Shown here: positions 10,090 to 19,085 of the stretch, piece after piece | How the letters are laid out: each line of letters begins with the position of its first letter | Numbering within the stretch: the stretch's first letter is position 1 | From: Bacillota bacterium | GTDB lineage: Bacteria > Bacillota > UBA994 | Length of the DNA: 64,000 bases | Direction: 5' to 3' | NCBI GenBank assembly: GCA_018333655.1 | Contig: JAGXTJ010000034.1 | Coordinates: 12,716-76,715 of the forward strand | Position numbers and translations under genes: made by a program | The notes under the pieces: model-generated | Database searches by the model: none | Told to the model about the DNA's origin: nothing | Seen by the model: only the letters and a program-made list of their open reading frames with translations

Positions 10090-10650
10090 GTGCGTCGGTA
10101 TGCCTTGTTGCTGACATTGGTCGCAGTCATGGTAGTTATGGCAGTACTCATCGCCCCGTCCCTGTGGCGCATTATCTACCCTTGGCCTTATCGAGACATA
10201 GTTCTGCGTTATGCCGAGCTACATGGCTTAGATCCCTTTCTAGTCGCGGCGGTCATACGGGTAGAGAGTAGCTTTAGAAGCAAGGCTGTATCGCCCAAAG
10301 GTGCGCGAGGGTTGATGCAAATTATTCCTACCACGGGGCAATGGATTGCCAGCCAAGTAGAGGTGCCAGATTACAGTGAAGATAGGCTCGACAACCCCGA
10401 GACTAACATTATGATGGGCACATGGTACTTAAGAAATCTTAAGGAACAGTTTGACGGCAACCTGGTCGTGGCGCTGGCCGCCTACAATGGAGGCAGAGGT
10501 AATGTCAAAAATTGGCTCAAAGAGGGTGTTTGGAGCGGCCAAGTGGCAGACATTGCGAGCATTCCCTTCTCAGAGACGCGACACTATGTTTGGCGCGTGC
10601 TGCGCATCCAACAAGTTTATCGCGAACTGTATGGCCGTAAAACACAATAA
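10090..10650 (+). CDS. Lytic transglycosylase (SLT domain)
   Basis: VIRVESSF, GARGLMQ, AAYNGG, ETRHYV; N-terminal TM. Confidence 0.93.
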   Translation: MRRYALLLTLVAVMVVMAVLIAPSLWRIIYPWPYRDIVLRYAELHGLDPFLVAAVIRVESSFRSKAVSPKGARGLMQIIPTTGQWIASQVEVPDYSEDRLDNPETNIMMGTWYLRNLKEQFDGNLVVALAAYNGGRGNVKNWLKEGVWSGQVADIASIPFSETRHYVWRVLRIQQVYRELYGRKTQ

Positions 10651-10656
10651 TCTCCC

Positions 10657-10685
10657 TTGACACACGGACAGTTTGCTTGTAAGAT
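10657..10685 (+). promoter_or_regulatory. Sigma-A promoter for the tRNA pair
   Basis: TTGACA-N17-TAAGAT, 18 nt upstream of the first tRNA. Confidence 0.75.
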
Positions 10686-10702
10686 AAGTATCGGCGGTTG
10701 AA

Positions 10703-10789
10703 GCCGAAGTGGTGGAACTGGCAGACGCGCTGCGTTCAGGGCGCAGTGAGTGAAAGCTCGTGTGGGTTCGAATCCCACCTTCGGCACCA
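10703..10789 (+). tRNA. tRNA-Leu (CAG)
   Basis: Acceptor stem GCCGAAG/CTTCGGC, anticodon loop TTCAGGG, long variable arm, GTTCGAAT, encoded CCA. Confidence 0.95.
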
Positions 10790-10817
10790 CTTACCTATTT
10801 TCAACGAGACATCAGCT

Positions 10818-10900
10818 GTCCGAGTGGCGGAACTGGCAGACGCGTACGTTTGAGGGGCGTATGGGAGACCATGTGGGTTCAAGTCCCACCTCGGACACCA
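10818..10900 (+). tRNA. tRNA-Leu (GAG)
   Basis: Acceptor stem GTCCGAG/CTCGGAC, anticodon loop TTGAGGG, GTTCAAGT, encoded CCA. Confidence 0.95.
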
Positions 10901-10909
10901 CAAAAAACT

Positions 10910-10936
10910 AACACCAGGTAATACTGGTGTTTTTTT
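10910..10936 (+). terminator. Intrinsic terminator after the tRNAs
   Basis: AACACCAG/CTGGTGTT stem followed by a T-tract. Confidence 0.75.
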
Positions 10937-10968
10937 ACTATACAAAGGAAGAAAGAGGCGTTGTGTTA

Positions 10969-11802
10969 ATGAGGCGCATTTTGTTTGCGGCTGTGATTGT
11001 GCTAGCTATACTTTCCCTCCTAGGTTGTCAGTCCCACTCGACTATACCAGCCCTCTTCACGGCACATTTTATTGATGTGGGCCAAGGCGACAGCATTCTC
11101 TTGCAGGCTGGTGCGCAGAACATACTTATCGATGCCGGTGACCGGGCGAGCGGTGCGCGGGTCGTTGCCTACTTGCGAGCCCAGGGCGTCCGCAAGATAG
11201 ACCTCTTAATCGCGACTCATCCACATGCAGATCATATTGGGGGACTAGAAGAAGTGTTTCAGCAAATGCCAGTGGCGCGCATCATCGATTCTGGGCAAGT
11301 ACATACCACGCAAACATTTTTAAACTACCTGAGGACAATTGACGACAAGAACATACCTTTCGAGACACCTGCTGGGCAGATTATCGAGTTGGCAGCCAAT
11401 GTAGAGCTTAGGGTTATTGGTCCGCTCCGAGCTTATGATAACTTGAACGATGGTTCAGTGGTCGTCATGGTTAGGGCAGGGACGGTCAGTCTTTTGCTCA
11501 CCGGCGATATGGAGAGTGACGCGGAGAGGGATCTGTTGCAGGCGGGGGGCTTGTCGGCTACAGTGCTCAAAGTCGGCCACCACGGCAGTAATACTTCGAG
11601 CACCACAGACTTTCTGCAGGCGGTGCGCCCAAGGGTAGCCATCATCTCGGTTGGAGCGGACAATTCGTTCGGCCACCCCTCCCCAGCCGTGCTTGCCCGC
11701 CTCAGGGAGGTAGGCGCTGACATCTACCGCACCGATAGACATGGCACTATAGTCCTCAGGACGGACGGGGAGACTTTTTCTATACGGACAGAGCGAAAAT
11801 AA
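10969..11802 (+). CDS. ComEC/Rec2-like metallo-beta-lactamase-fold lipoprotein
   Basis: Lipobox LLGC; DVGQGDS, THPHADHIGG, TGD, KVGHHGS, FGHP. Confidence 0.9.
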   Translation: MRRILFAAVIVLAILSLLGCQSHSTIPALFTAHFIDVGQGDSILLQAGAQNILIDAGDRASGARVVAYLRAQGVRKIDLLIATHPHADHIGGLEEVFQQMPVARIIDSGQVHTTQTFLNYLRTIDDKNIPFETPAGQIIELAANVELRVIGPLRAYDNLNDGSVVVMVRAGTVSLLLTGDMESDAERDLLQAGGLSATVLKVGHHGSNTSSTTDFLQAVRPRVAIISVGADNSFGHPSPAVLARLREVGADIYRTDRHGTIVLRTDGETFSIRTERK

Positions 11803-11818
11803 CCTAGGGGGTTTTGGC

Positions 11819-12043
11819 GTGAAGATGATTGCCGTTGTGGATCGCATCGAGTCTCTGCAGGCAGTTCTTCTGCTCGGAGAAGAAGAGGTAAGGGTGTGCC
11901 TACCGTTGACTTGTTTACCGCCAATCAGCGAGGGGTCGGTACTCGACATTGCGATTACGCTCAATAAGTCCCAAGAAGAACAGCGACGATGCGAGGCTAC
12001 CATGCTTATGCAAAAGTTAAAGCGACCGCGCACAGAGACATAA
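11819..12043 (+). CDS. DUF3006 family protein
   Basis: AVVDRIE..AVLL..LP..ISEGSVL; usual partner of this MBL. Confidence 0.8.
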   Translation: MKMIAVVDRIESLQAVLLLGEEEVRVCLPLTCLPPISEGSVLDIAITLNKSQEEQRRCEATMLMQKLKRPRTET

Positions 12044-12192
12044 GTCGGGGTGCTTCGCGGTTTGTCGCGCTAAAATGCCTCATTTGTCTGAATTTAGCGA
12101 AATGTTTTTTGTCACTAAAGTAACTCCATGGCAGGAACTCACAATATGGGTGTGGTATTCACCCTAAAAGTTGAGACGTGGAGGCGAGTTAG

Positions 12193-13005
12193 ATGCAAGA
12201 ACAGAGTGTTTACTACTGCGTGGTGCACGGAGATCGAAGGGATATGGCCTTTTCTTCGGACCGTGCCAAGCAAGAAATGGTTAATGCCCTGGCGGAGTGC
12301 AAAGCTTTCTCTAGTATCCATGTGTATGCCTTTGCTTTTTTGGAGTCACAAGTCCACCTCGCACTACAGGGCACAAGTAAGGGCTGTGTTGAGGTGGTCT
12401 CTCGGCTCTGTCCGACACGGGCAGGCGAGGGCCTAGGCGCGCGCTTTGAACGACATGTCTGTCATCCCGATCGGCGGCTTCTCACCCTTGCCGCCTACTT
12501 GCACCAGCTACCCGTGCGCTATGGGCACTGTCAGCACCCTAACTTAGCGCGTTATACCAGTCATTCCGCTTACTTGGGCGGAGAGAAATACCCGTTTGTA
12601 GATAGCGCAGCAATGCTCGCCTTACTTAGCCCCGACCGTAAAGAAGCCATTCGTCTTTATCTTGGCCTTTTGAAGAGAGAGGTAAGTCCCGCGGAGCTAG
12701 AGCAGGTATTTTGCCGCGAAGAGAATTCGCGTTCACATAGTGGCGTGCGGCATGTGCCAGATGTATTAGAGGCAATTGCTACGCATATTGAAGAGGTTAC
12801 GGGAGTGGCCCTAAGCATCATGCGCGGCAAGGGGCGCTCTCCACGCGTGGTCGAGGCGAGGCGTCGCCTGATCGCCAGTGCTGTTCTTGAGCATTCTGTC
12901 CCAGTCTCCGAAGTCGCGAAGTACTTGCATGTTCATCACTCCTATGTTTCGCGGCTGACCTTCTCACATTGTGACAGTGTGGGTAACGAAAGGCCTATCG
13001 CCTAA
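12193..13005 (+). CDS. Degenerate REP-associated tyrosine transposase (Y1_Tnp)-like protein with a C-terminal DnaA-C-like HTH
   Basis: YYCVVHGDRRDMAF, VYAFAFLESQVHL (canonical AYCLMxNHxHL), YLHQLPVRYG (canonical YIHxNPVRAG); C-terminal VVEARRRL..VSEVAKYL.HHSYVSR. Confidence 0.7.
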   Translation: MQEQSVYYCVVHGDRRDMAFSSDRAKQEMVNALAECKAFSSIHVYAFAFLESQVHLALQGTSKGCVEVVSRLCPTRAGEGLGARFERHVCHPDRRLLTLAAYLHQLPVRYGHCQHPNLARYTSHSAYLGGEKYPFVDSAAMLALLSPDRKEAIRLYLGLLKREVSPAELEQVFCREENSRSHSGVRHVPDVLEAIATHIEEVTGVALSIMRGKGRSPRVVEARRRLIASAVLEHSVPVSEVAKYLHVHHSYVSRLTFSHCDSVGNERPIA

Positions 13006-13028
13006 TTGCCTCTAGTGTGGGCATCTCT

Positions 13029-13058
13029 GCATAGTCTCCCAGTCTTTAGAGAAAAATA
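13029..13058 (+). promoter_or_regulatory. Forespore (SigF/SigG-like) promoter for the ger operon
   Basis: GCATA-N15-GAGAAAAATA. Confidence 0.45.
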
Positions 13059-13071
13059 CCCCTGAGGTCAG

Positions 13072-14631
13072 GTGAGGTCTGTGCGGAAGAAAGTAAGAGC
13101 ATTGCGAAAACCACTACCGGTCAAGGAATTTGCCAAGACTCCCACCGCGGAGGGCTGCTTCAGCGGCCATCTGGCTCATGATTGCGCCGGGTTAAAGGCC
13201 ATTTTGGCCAGCTCTGCCGATCTTAGAGAGCGCTTGTTAACCACCAGTAAAGGCACTCAGGGCGCGGTGCTCTACTTTGCCAATGTGGTCAATCTGCCCT
13301 TTGTCAGCGAATCCATCGTCGGGCCTCTGCAGAGACATGGGGGACGCTCTGACATGGAGTACATAGCGCAGCAGATTGTGCATGTGCCGGAATACAGTCT
13401 TGAGAGCGATCTGCAAAAAGTAGCCTGCGCTTTGTCCGATGGTGCTGTGGCCGTGCTCTTGGCGGGCGAAACATGTGTGCTACTAGTGCCGCTCTTTGCC
13501 ATGGAACACAGGCCGATTGAGCGAGCCATTCAAGAGGATATATTGATAGGCCCACACGAAAGCTTCTGCGAGAGTTTAGGCAGCAACATAGCCTTGCTGC
13601 GGCGCAGGATAGCGACTCCAGATTTTAAAGTAAAGGAACTGACTATTGGTCGTCGCTCGCGCACCACGGTGGCCATTTTGTACTTAGAACGCATTGCAGC
13701 AGCCAAGTTAGTCGACGAAATGGACGAGCGGCTACGGAGCATCGACATCGACTTTGCCTTAGGTATCACCTACTTAGCCGATTTTCTAGAGGACGACCCG
13801 AGGTCTGTCTTCCCTACTCTAAGGTCGACAGAAATCCCCGTCAGGGTAATGGCCGCACTAATGGAAGGGCGCGTCGCGGTCATGGCGGAGGGCGATAGTA
13901 GCGCGCTCATTGCGCCGACCTTTGCTCCAGAGTTCTTGCAGGCCTCCGAAGACTACTTTGACCGACCGATGTCGGGCACGTTTTTTCGCCTTATTAGGCT
14001 GGTGGGTCTGCTCCTCTCGGTTTTTCTCCCTGGCATGTGGATAGCGCTGGTGGCCTTTCACCATGGCATAATTCCGACTCCTCTATTTGACTCTATTGTC
14101 GCGGGCAGAGAGGGTGTCCCCCTGCCCACGGTACTTGAAATATTCGTGCTTATACTGGCCTTTGACCTGATCGTGGAATCGAGCACCAGGATGCCCACCC
14201 GCATTGGCCAGGCGCTTGGTATTGTCGGAGGCATAATTTTAGGGCAGGCGGCGGTGCAGGCGGGCTTAGTGAGCCCGGCCATGGTGATTGTCGCCGCCCT
14301 CACCGGGTTATCAATCTTCACGCAACCCTCTGTCACTTTTCTTTCACCACTACGTTTTCTCAAGTACCCCGTGCTTATCGCTGGTAGCATTTTAGGGGTA
14401 TTCGGTGTAGTCTGGGCACTAATCTATATTTTGATTGCTGTAACATCCTTGCGCTCCTTTGGTTATCCCTACATGTACCCCATAGCGCCCTTTAATTTGC
14501 GGGGGGCGATAGATGTTTTTGTCAGAGTGCCAAAGTTCATGCATCAAAAGCGGCCGTCAATACTGGCCTCGCCGGAGGAGATGCGCATGGACACCCCACT
14601 GCCCCGCCCCACACGCAGGAAAAAGCCATGA
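13072..14631 (+). CDS. Spore germination receptor subunit A (GerKA-like)
   Basis: GPHESFCE..NIALLRRR, EGRVA, REGVPLP, GIVGGIILGQAAVQAGLVS, SFGYPY. Confidence 0.93.
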   Translation: MRSVRKKVRALRKPLPVKEFAKTPTAEGCFSGHLAHDCAGLKAILASSADLRERLLTTSKGTQGAVLYFANVVNLPFVSESIVGPLQRHGGRSDMEYIAQQIVHVPEYSLESDLQKVACALSDGAVAVLLAGETCVLLVPLFAMEHRPIERAIQEDILIGPHESFCESLGSNIALLRRRIATPDFKVKELTIGRRSRTTVAILYLERIAAAKLVDEMDERLRSIDIDFALGITYLADFLEDDPRSVFPTLRSTEIPVRVMAALMEGRVAVMAEGDSSALIAPTFAPEFLQASEDYFDRPMSGTFFRLIRLVGLLLSVFLPGMWIALVAFHHGIIPTPLFDSIVAGREGVPLPTVLEIFVLILAFDLIVESSTRMPTRIGQALGIVGGIILGQAAVQAGLVSPAMVIVAALTGLSIFTQPSVTFLSPLRFLKYPVLIAGSILGVFGVVWALIYILIAVTSLRSFGYPYMYPIAPFNLRGAIDVFVRVPKFMHQKRPSILASPEEMRMDTPLPRPTRRKKP

Positions 14632-15710
14632 CCAAAATCAGCATAGGTCTGTCGCAGGGCTTCTTAATGATTGTGACGGTGACTGTGGGCACGGTTTTCT
14701 TCCCGGTGGCGGGTGTAGTTGTGCCGTTAGCCGGGGCTTCGGGCTGGATAGCGGTACTTCTCGCCTTTGCCGTGGCTTTGCCATGGTGTGCCATGGCCGC
14801 TTATCTCGCCCGCCACGGGCCGCCCGGCAACTGGGGAGGAGCCGTGTTGTCGTGGCTTGGGCCCGTGGTGGGGCGCATATTCTTGCTTTACTTTGCTTTT
14901 GTCTGGCTGTGGCTCGGTGGGTTACTGCTCGGGCAAACTGGTTTTGTTTTTCACGATATGGCTATGCCGCGCACACCGCCCGATGTCTTGAATTTTGCGT
15001 TACTGCTGCTGGTCGTGTTGGTGGACTACAAGGGGCTCGAGGTATTTGTGCGGACCATCGAAGCCTTGACGTGGCTAAGCATCATAGGTCTTTTGGGCTT
15101 TGTCGTCGGAGTGGTGCCGCTGACAGAGTTAGATAACTTGCTGCCGGTAATCGATGCCGCCCCCGCGCTCATTGCCCATGCCGCTCTGTTTTGCCTACCC
15201 TGGGCTATGGAAGGGGTGTTATTTGCTCTTTTCATGGGTGTGTTTCTGCGGCAGCGGTCAGGCCTGGGGGGGCTGTTTAGCCTTGCGGTCGGGGGGGCGG
15301 GAGTCTTACTGGCACTGATGACCGTGTTTACGCTCGGAGTACTGGGGAGGGGAGTCACAACTAGTTATCTCTACCCCACAGCCATACTGGCGCAAACCTC
15401 GCGTCCGGGCTTTTTCCTCGAGGGCATGGAGTTGTTTCTTTATCCGCTGTGGATTGTGGCGTCATTTGTGAAAATAGGGGCGGCGTTTACCATGGTTTCC
15501 CTGAGCCTAGCAGGAGTATGGTCGGGTTTTAGGCAGCCCTATCGTAGTTTGTTGCTTGGGGTGGTCTTCTTTATTATTGCCACGACACCCTCGCATATCT
15601 TTGCGCTTGTAGCCTCGATTTCTCGCGTCGACAATTCCTTCATAATGTCTTTTTATCTTATTCTGCCGTTACTCGCCTTGTGGGTGCGACTTAGGCGGCA
15701 CGAGGAGTGA
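14628..15710 (+). CDS. Spore germination receptor subunit B (APC-type permease)
   Basis: About 10 TMs, MPRTP motif, position in the gerA-B-C operon. Confidence 0.85.
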   Translation: MTKISIGLSQGFLMIVTVTVGTVFFPVAGVVVPLAGASGWIAVLLAFAVALPWCAMAAYLARHGPPGNWGGAVLSWLGPVVGRIFLLYFAFVWLWLGGLLLGQTGFVFHDMAMPRTPPDVLNFALLLLVVLVDYKGLEVFVRTIEALTWLSIIGLLGFVVGVVPLTELDNLLPVIDAAPALIAHAALFCLPWAMEGVLFALFMGVFLRQRSGLGGLFSLAVGGAGVLLALMTVFTLGVLGRGVTTSYLYPTAILAQTSRPGFFLEGMELFLYPLWIVASFVKIGAAFTMVSLSLAGVWSGFRQPYRSLLLGVVFFIIATTPSHIFALVASISRVDNSFIMSFYLILPLLALWVRLRRHEE

Positions 15711-15714
15711 GACA

Positions 15715-16917
15715 GTGAAAAGAGCCAAAATGCTACTTGTCGTCATTTTAAGCTTGCTCCTCGTTGGGTGCTGGGACCAGCAAGAGATTACCGCCCTCGC
15801 CTCCATTTCAGGATTAGGCTTTGATGTGGGCAGCTACGCCCACACCATGCGTATTTCGGTGTTAACATCACCGCCCCAACCATTCGGGGGTGGAGGTGGG
15901 GGGGGTGGTAGCAGACTGCGTGTTATCACCGTAGAAGCGGCATCCTTTACTGAGGGTATAACATTGCTGCAAGGACATTTGCGCCGCGAGCCGTTTTTTC
16001 TGCATCTCGGCTTTGTTGTCTTTGGCGAGGAGCTAGCTAAGAGCGGGCTCGATGGGGTGCTATCCGCCCTGCAGGGGCGTACGACGATTCGTGGCTCTGT
16101 GCCCGTCTTTGTGGCTCAGCAGACGGCAGAGGAGACGCTTAAGGCTCGCTCGGGGGGTGGGCATGCTCCCGGCGAAGATGTTGCTGATCTACGTGATAAT
16201 TTTGCTACGGCCCCACTAGGTCGCCACGTTAGTATTCACGAGGTGCGTAACACTTTGCTCGCACTGGGTAGTGAGCTAACCTTGCCCATCTTGGAGCTTG
16301 CTCCACTACGACTACAGGCTGGCGACGAAACTCCTGCGACTGGGGTCGGGGTCGCTGGCGAACAACTGCACGAGGTGTTTGTGCGGCGGATGGCTGTGTT
16401 TAGCCGCGACAGATGGGTGGCGGACTTAGATCAGTACTTAGTGCAGACCTTTGTCATGCTTAAGGGGGATACTAGAGTCGGCAGCGCTACCATTGTCGAC
16501 CCCGCCGATCCCACCAGTCATATGGGGCTTACTATTGTGAACTTCTCCGCGCGGTTTGATATCAAGAGTGGCGAAGAAACCGTCGAAATTACCATTTCGC
16601 CTCGCGTGCGGGCGGTAGTGCGCGAGGTTACAGGTACCTACAGCCTGCGAGATAGGGGGTTTGCGCCCATCGCCATGAACTTAGAGCAGGACATAGATCG
16701 CCAGGTACAGCAGGTGGTGGCCTTCTTGCAGGAAAACCAAGCCGATGCCTTAGGGTTTGGTCATATGCTGCGCCGTAGTAATCCCGCGGCGTGGTCTAAG
16801 CTAGAAGATCGTTGGAGCGAGGTTTTTCCGGCGGTGACTGTGCGCGTGAACACCGAGGTGAAAATAGAGGGCACGGCCATGGTGGCCAGATTCTTCGAAG
16901 TTAAGCGTGAGGACTAA
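15715..16917 (+). CDS. Spore germination receptor subunit C lipoprotein
   Basis: LLLVGCWDQQEI lipobox, FGEELAKSG, ADALGFG. Confidence 0.9.
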   Translation: MKRAKMLLVVILSLLLVGCWDQQEITALASISGLGFDVGSYAHTMRISVLTSPPQPFGGGGGGGGSRLRVITVEAASFTEGITLLQGHLRREPFFLHLGFVVFGEELAKSGLDGVLSALQGRTTIRGSVPVFVAQQTAEETLKARSGGGHAPGEDVADLRDNFATAPLGRHVSIHEVRNTLLALGSELTLPILELAPLRLQAGDETPATGVGVAGEQLHEVFVRRMAVFSRDRWVADLDQYLVQTFVMLKGDTRVGSATIVDPADPTSHMGLTIVNFSARFDIKSGEETVEITISPRVRAVVREVTGTYSLRDRGFAPIAMNLEQDIDRQVQQVVAFLQENQADALGFGHMLRRSNPAAWSKLEDRWSEVFPAVTVRVNTEVKIEGTAMVARFFEVKRED

Positions 16918-16925
16918 TGCACTTT

Positions 16926-16988
16926 GCGACAGCGGGGACGGTTCTTTTTGTCGGTATTTGCGACAAAAAGAACCGTCCCCGCTGTCGC
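16926..16988. repeat. REP-like palindrome, copy 2
   Basis: GCGACAGCGGGGACGGTTCTTTTTGTCG-gtatttg-CGACAAAAAGAACCGTCCCCGCTGTCGC; one loop base differs from copy 1. Confidence 0.9.
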
Positions 16989-16999
16989 TGATCTCTTGG

Positions 17000-17029
17000 A
17001 CATAAACAAAGACCCCGCCGGATATACTC
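17000..17029 (+). promoter_or_regulatory. Possible SigF/SigG-like promoter for the GerMN gene
   Basis: ACATA-N15-GGATATACTC. Confidence 0.35.
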
Positions 17030-17038
17030 CCATGGGGG

Positions 17039-17560
17039 GTGTATATTTTGCGGGGTAAGTTGTTTTTCGCATTAGTCGCAGTAGTTGCGGCATTGCTTGG
17101 TGTTTGGACAGTCTATCAGAGCTATATTGATTCGTCTCCACTAGGGACAGATGGTAGAGAAGTAAGACTCTACTTTTCTAACCGCGAGGGCACGCAAGTC
17201 GTGGGCGAAAACAGGGCGCTGGCAGGGACAATTACGGCGGAGAAGATTGTTCGCGAGCTTATCAAAGGACCAGAGGCCCCTCACCTCTACCCGACTTTGC
17301 CGCCTAGCACGAGGCTCCTGAGTTTGCTTGTCCAAGGGCGAATTGCCTATGTAGACTTCTCGCGCGAGGTCCAAGACAATTTTCTGGGCGGCACGGCGGC
17401 TGAGTTGATGCTCGTGTACTCGGTGATTGCCTCCCTCACTGAAATGCCAGATATCGCGTCAGTGCAATTTCTCTTAGAGGGTCAAGTTAAAGAGAGTATT
17501 TGGGGGCATATCGACACTAGTGTCCCTCTGACACCAGACGCGCAGTTTATAGCCAGATAA
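17039..17560 (+). CDS. GerMN-domain protein
   Basis: N-terminal TM; VRLYF, ELIKGP, AYVDFS, VYSVIASLTE, VQFLLEG. Confidence 0.88.
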   Translation: MYILRGKLFFALVAVVAALLGVWTVYQSYIDSSPLGTDGREVRLYFSNREGTQVVGENRALAGTITAEKIVRELIKGPEAPHLYPTLPPSTRLLSLLVQGRIAYVDFSREVQDNFLGGTAAELMLVYSVIASLTEMPDIASVQFLLEGQVKESIWGHIDTSVPLTPDAQFIAR

Positions 17561-18809
17561 ACCAGAGGAACGCTGCACCGATGGTGACTGCCACTATCGT
17601 CGTAGGCACGCCAATCTTCATAAATTCACCGAAAGAAACGCTATGCCCTTGCCGCCTCAACATGCCGACAGCGACCACGTTAGCTGAGGCACCGATAGGG
17701 GTGATATTGCCCCCTAGGCTAGTACTGAGGACAAAGGCAAACATAAAGAGCAAGGGATTAACGCCCATGCGTTCTGCTAGTAGCTGTGCTACCGGCAGCA
17801 TGGCAATGGTGTAGGGGATGTTGTCTACCAAGGCGGATACCGCCACGGAAACGACCACAATCAGCAGGAAGGCAGTAAGCAGGGAGTCACCCGCGAGAAC
17901 AGTCATGACATTGGCGACTTCCGTTATCACCCCCGTTACAGTGAGGCTACTAATGAGGACAAAGAGTCCGGCCAGTAAAAAGAAAGTCTGCCAGTCGAGC
18001 TTCGTCAATTCCATAGCAAAGAGGTCGTTGCTGTAGTTCCACAGTAGCGCCACTAGGCCGACCGCAACAGCAATGAGGCCCGGCAAGAAATCTGGTCTGC
18101 CCGGTACAAAAGAGGAACCGGCAAGCAGCATCACCAGTAAGCCTATAAAGAGCGTCGGTGTCCAAGAATAAACGCTAGGTAATTCCATCTTGCTGACAAA
18201 GCCTTTTGCATTGCGGAGAAACCTAAAAACGATGAACATGGCCGCGATAAAGCCGATTTGTACGGCGAAAAAGATGCCCGGCCTATTGTTTACCCAAAAG
18301 AAATCCATAAAAGTAAGGTTAGCGGCCGTAGCCAAGAGTATGCTTGGTGAGTCGCCGATCATGGTGGCTACCCCCTGCATGTTGGCGGCTATCGCTACCG
18401 AAATAAGTACGGGCACAGGTGAGGCTTTAACTTTGCGCGCTGTCTCTAAGGCTAGGGGCGCGACAATAAATACCGTCGCCACGTTCTCTACAACTGCGGA
18501 GAGCAGGCCAGAGAAGACGACAATAGATAGAAGAGAGAGCGCCGCGCTGCCGGAGGCGTTGACCATGCGCGTAGCCATGTAGGCTGGTGCTCCCGAGGCG
18601 ACAAACAGCTCGGCTAAAATCATGGTGCCGAAAAACAGTCCTAGAACATTCCAATTTAAGGCTTGCCAGGCTTGGTTTATGGTGATAATGCCCATCACCA
18701 CGAGGAGAAGTGACGCGCCCCAGACAAAGTAGAGTGAACGTTCTCGTTTTAGGATGAGCAAGAGATAGGTGAGGCCGAATACCAGGACAGCAATGGCTTG
18801 GTCGTTCAA
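17547..18809 (-). CDS. ArsB/NhaD (SLC13-like) ion transporter
   Basis: SAVVENVATV, ANMQGVATMIGDSP, SALVDNIP, GGNITPIGASANVV; GGAGGTG RBS before TTG 18809. Confidence 0.85.
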   Translation of the reverse strand: MNDQAIAVLVFGLTYLLLILKRERSLYFVWGASLLLVVMGIITINQAWQALNWNVLGLFFGTMILAELFVASGAPAYMATRMVNASGSAALSLLSIVVFSGLLSAVVENVATVFIVAPLALETARKVKASPVPVLISVAIAANMQGVATMIGDSPSILLATAANLTFMDFFWVNNRPGIFFAVQIGFIAAMFIVFRFLRNAKGFVSKMELPSVYSWTPTLFIGLLVMLLAGSSFVPGRPDFLPGLIAVAVGLVALLWNYSNDLFAMELTKLDWQTFFLLAGLFVLISSLTVTGVITEVANVMTVLAGDSLLTAFLLIVVVSVAVSALVDNIPYTIAMLPVAQLLAERMGVNPLLFMFAFVLSTSLGGNITPIGASANVVAVGMLRRQGHSVSFGEFMKIGVPTTIVAVTIGAAFLWFIWL

Positions 18810-18840
18810 TTTAAACACCTCCGAAAATCTACACACATTA

Positions 18841-18871
18841 CAAAGACCTCTGCCCGTTAGGACAGAGGTCT
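18841..18871 (-). terminator. Riboswitch expression-platform terminator
   Basis: AGACCTCTGTCC/GGGCAGAGGTCT stem followed by TTG, overlapping the 3' strand of the aptamer. Confidence 0.7.
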
Positions 18872-18953
18872 CGCTGCAAAGCATCGCTTTGTGCAGGGCC
18901 GGCGCGTCAGCGCGAGATGGCGACCATGCATTATTAGCTACTCCCCTCATGTG
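18862..18953 (-). ncRNA. yybP-ykoY (Mn2+) riboswitch
   Basis: Minus strand reads GAGGGGAGTAGC...GGTCGCCATCTCG...CCGGCC...GCGAGACCTC; lies between a promoter and a terminator. Confidence 0.82.
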
Positions 18954-18960
18954 CACTAAC

Positions 18961-18989
18961 AGTGTATCAGATTAGGTTGGCACTCACAA
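18961..18989 (-). promoter_or_regulatory. Sigma-A promoter for the riboswitch-permease transcript
   Basis: TTGTGA-N17-TACACT with extended TG, predicting a start at the aptamer 5' end. Confidence 0.55.
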
Positions 18990-19024
18990 CCCACTTTTAG
19001 TAGTATCCCCGCGCTCTCCTCGCA

Positions 19025-19053
19025 TTGACAAGCCCACATGGCTCAAGGATAAT
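19025..19053 (+). promoter_or_regulatory. Sigma-A promoter for murA
   Basis: TTGACA-N17-GATAAT. Confidence 0.65.
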
Positions 19054-19085
19054 TGGGGGGTACAGATGTAAGTGAGGGTGAGAAA

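Noticed and set aside
12061..12113. Spo0A-like TTTGTC repeats upstream of the RAYT-like gene
   Set aside because: The matches are degenerate and irregularly spaced, too weak to call.
10703..13005. Genomic island integrated at tRNA-Leu
   Set aside because: No integrase and no duplicated tRNA 3' end were noticed; the downstream genes are ordinary.
18810..18956. N-terminal extension of the permease ORF
   Set aside because: It runs through the riboswitch; the RBS supports TTG 18809.
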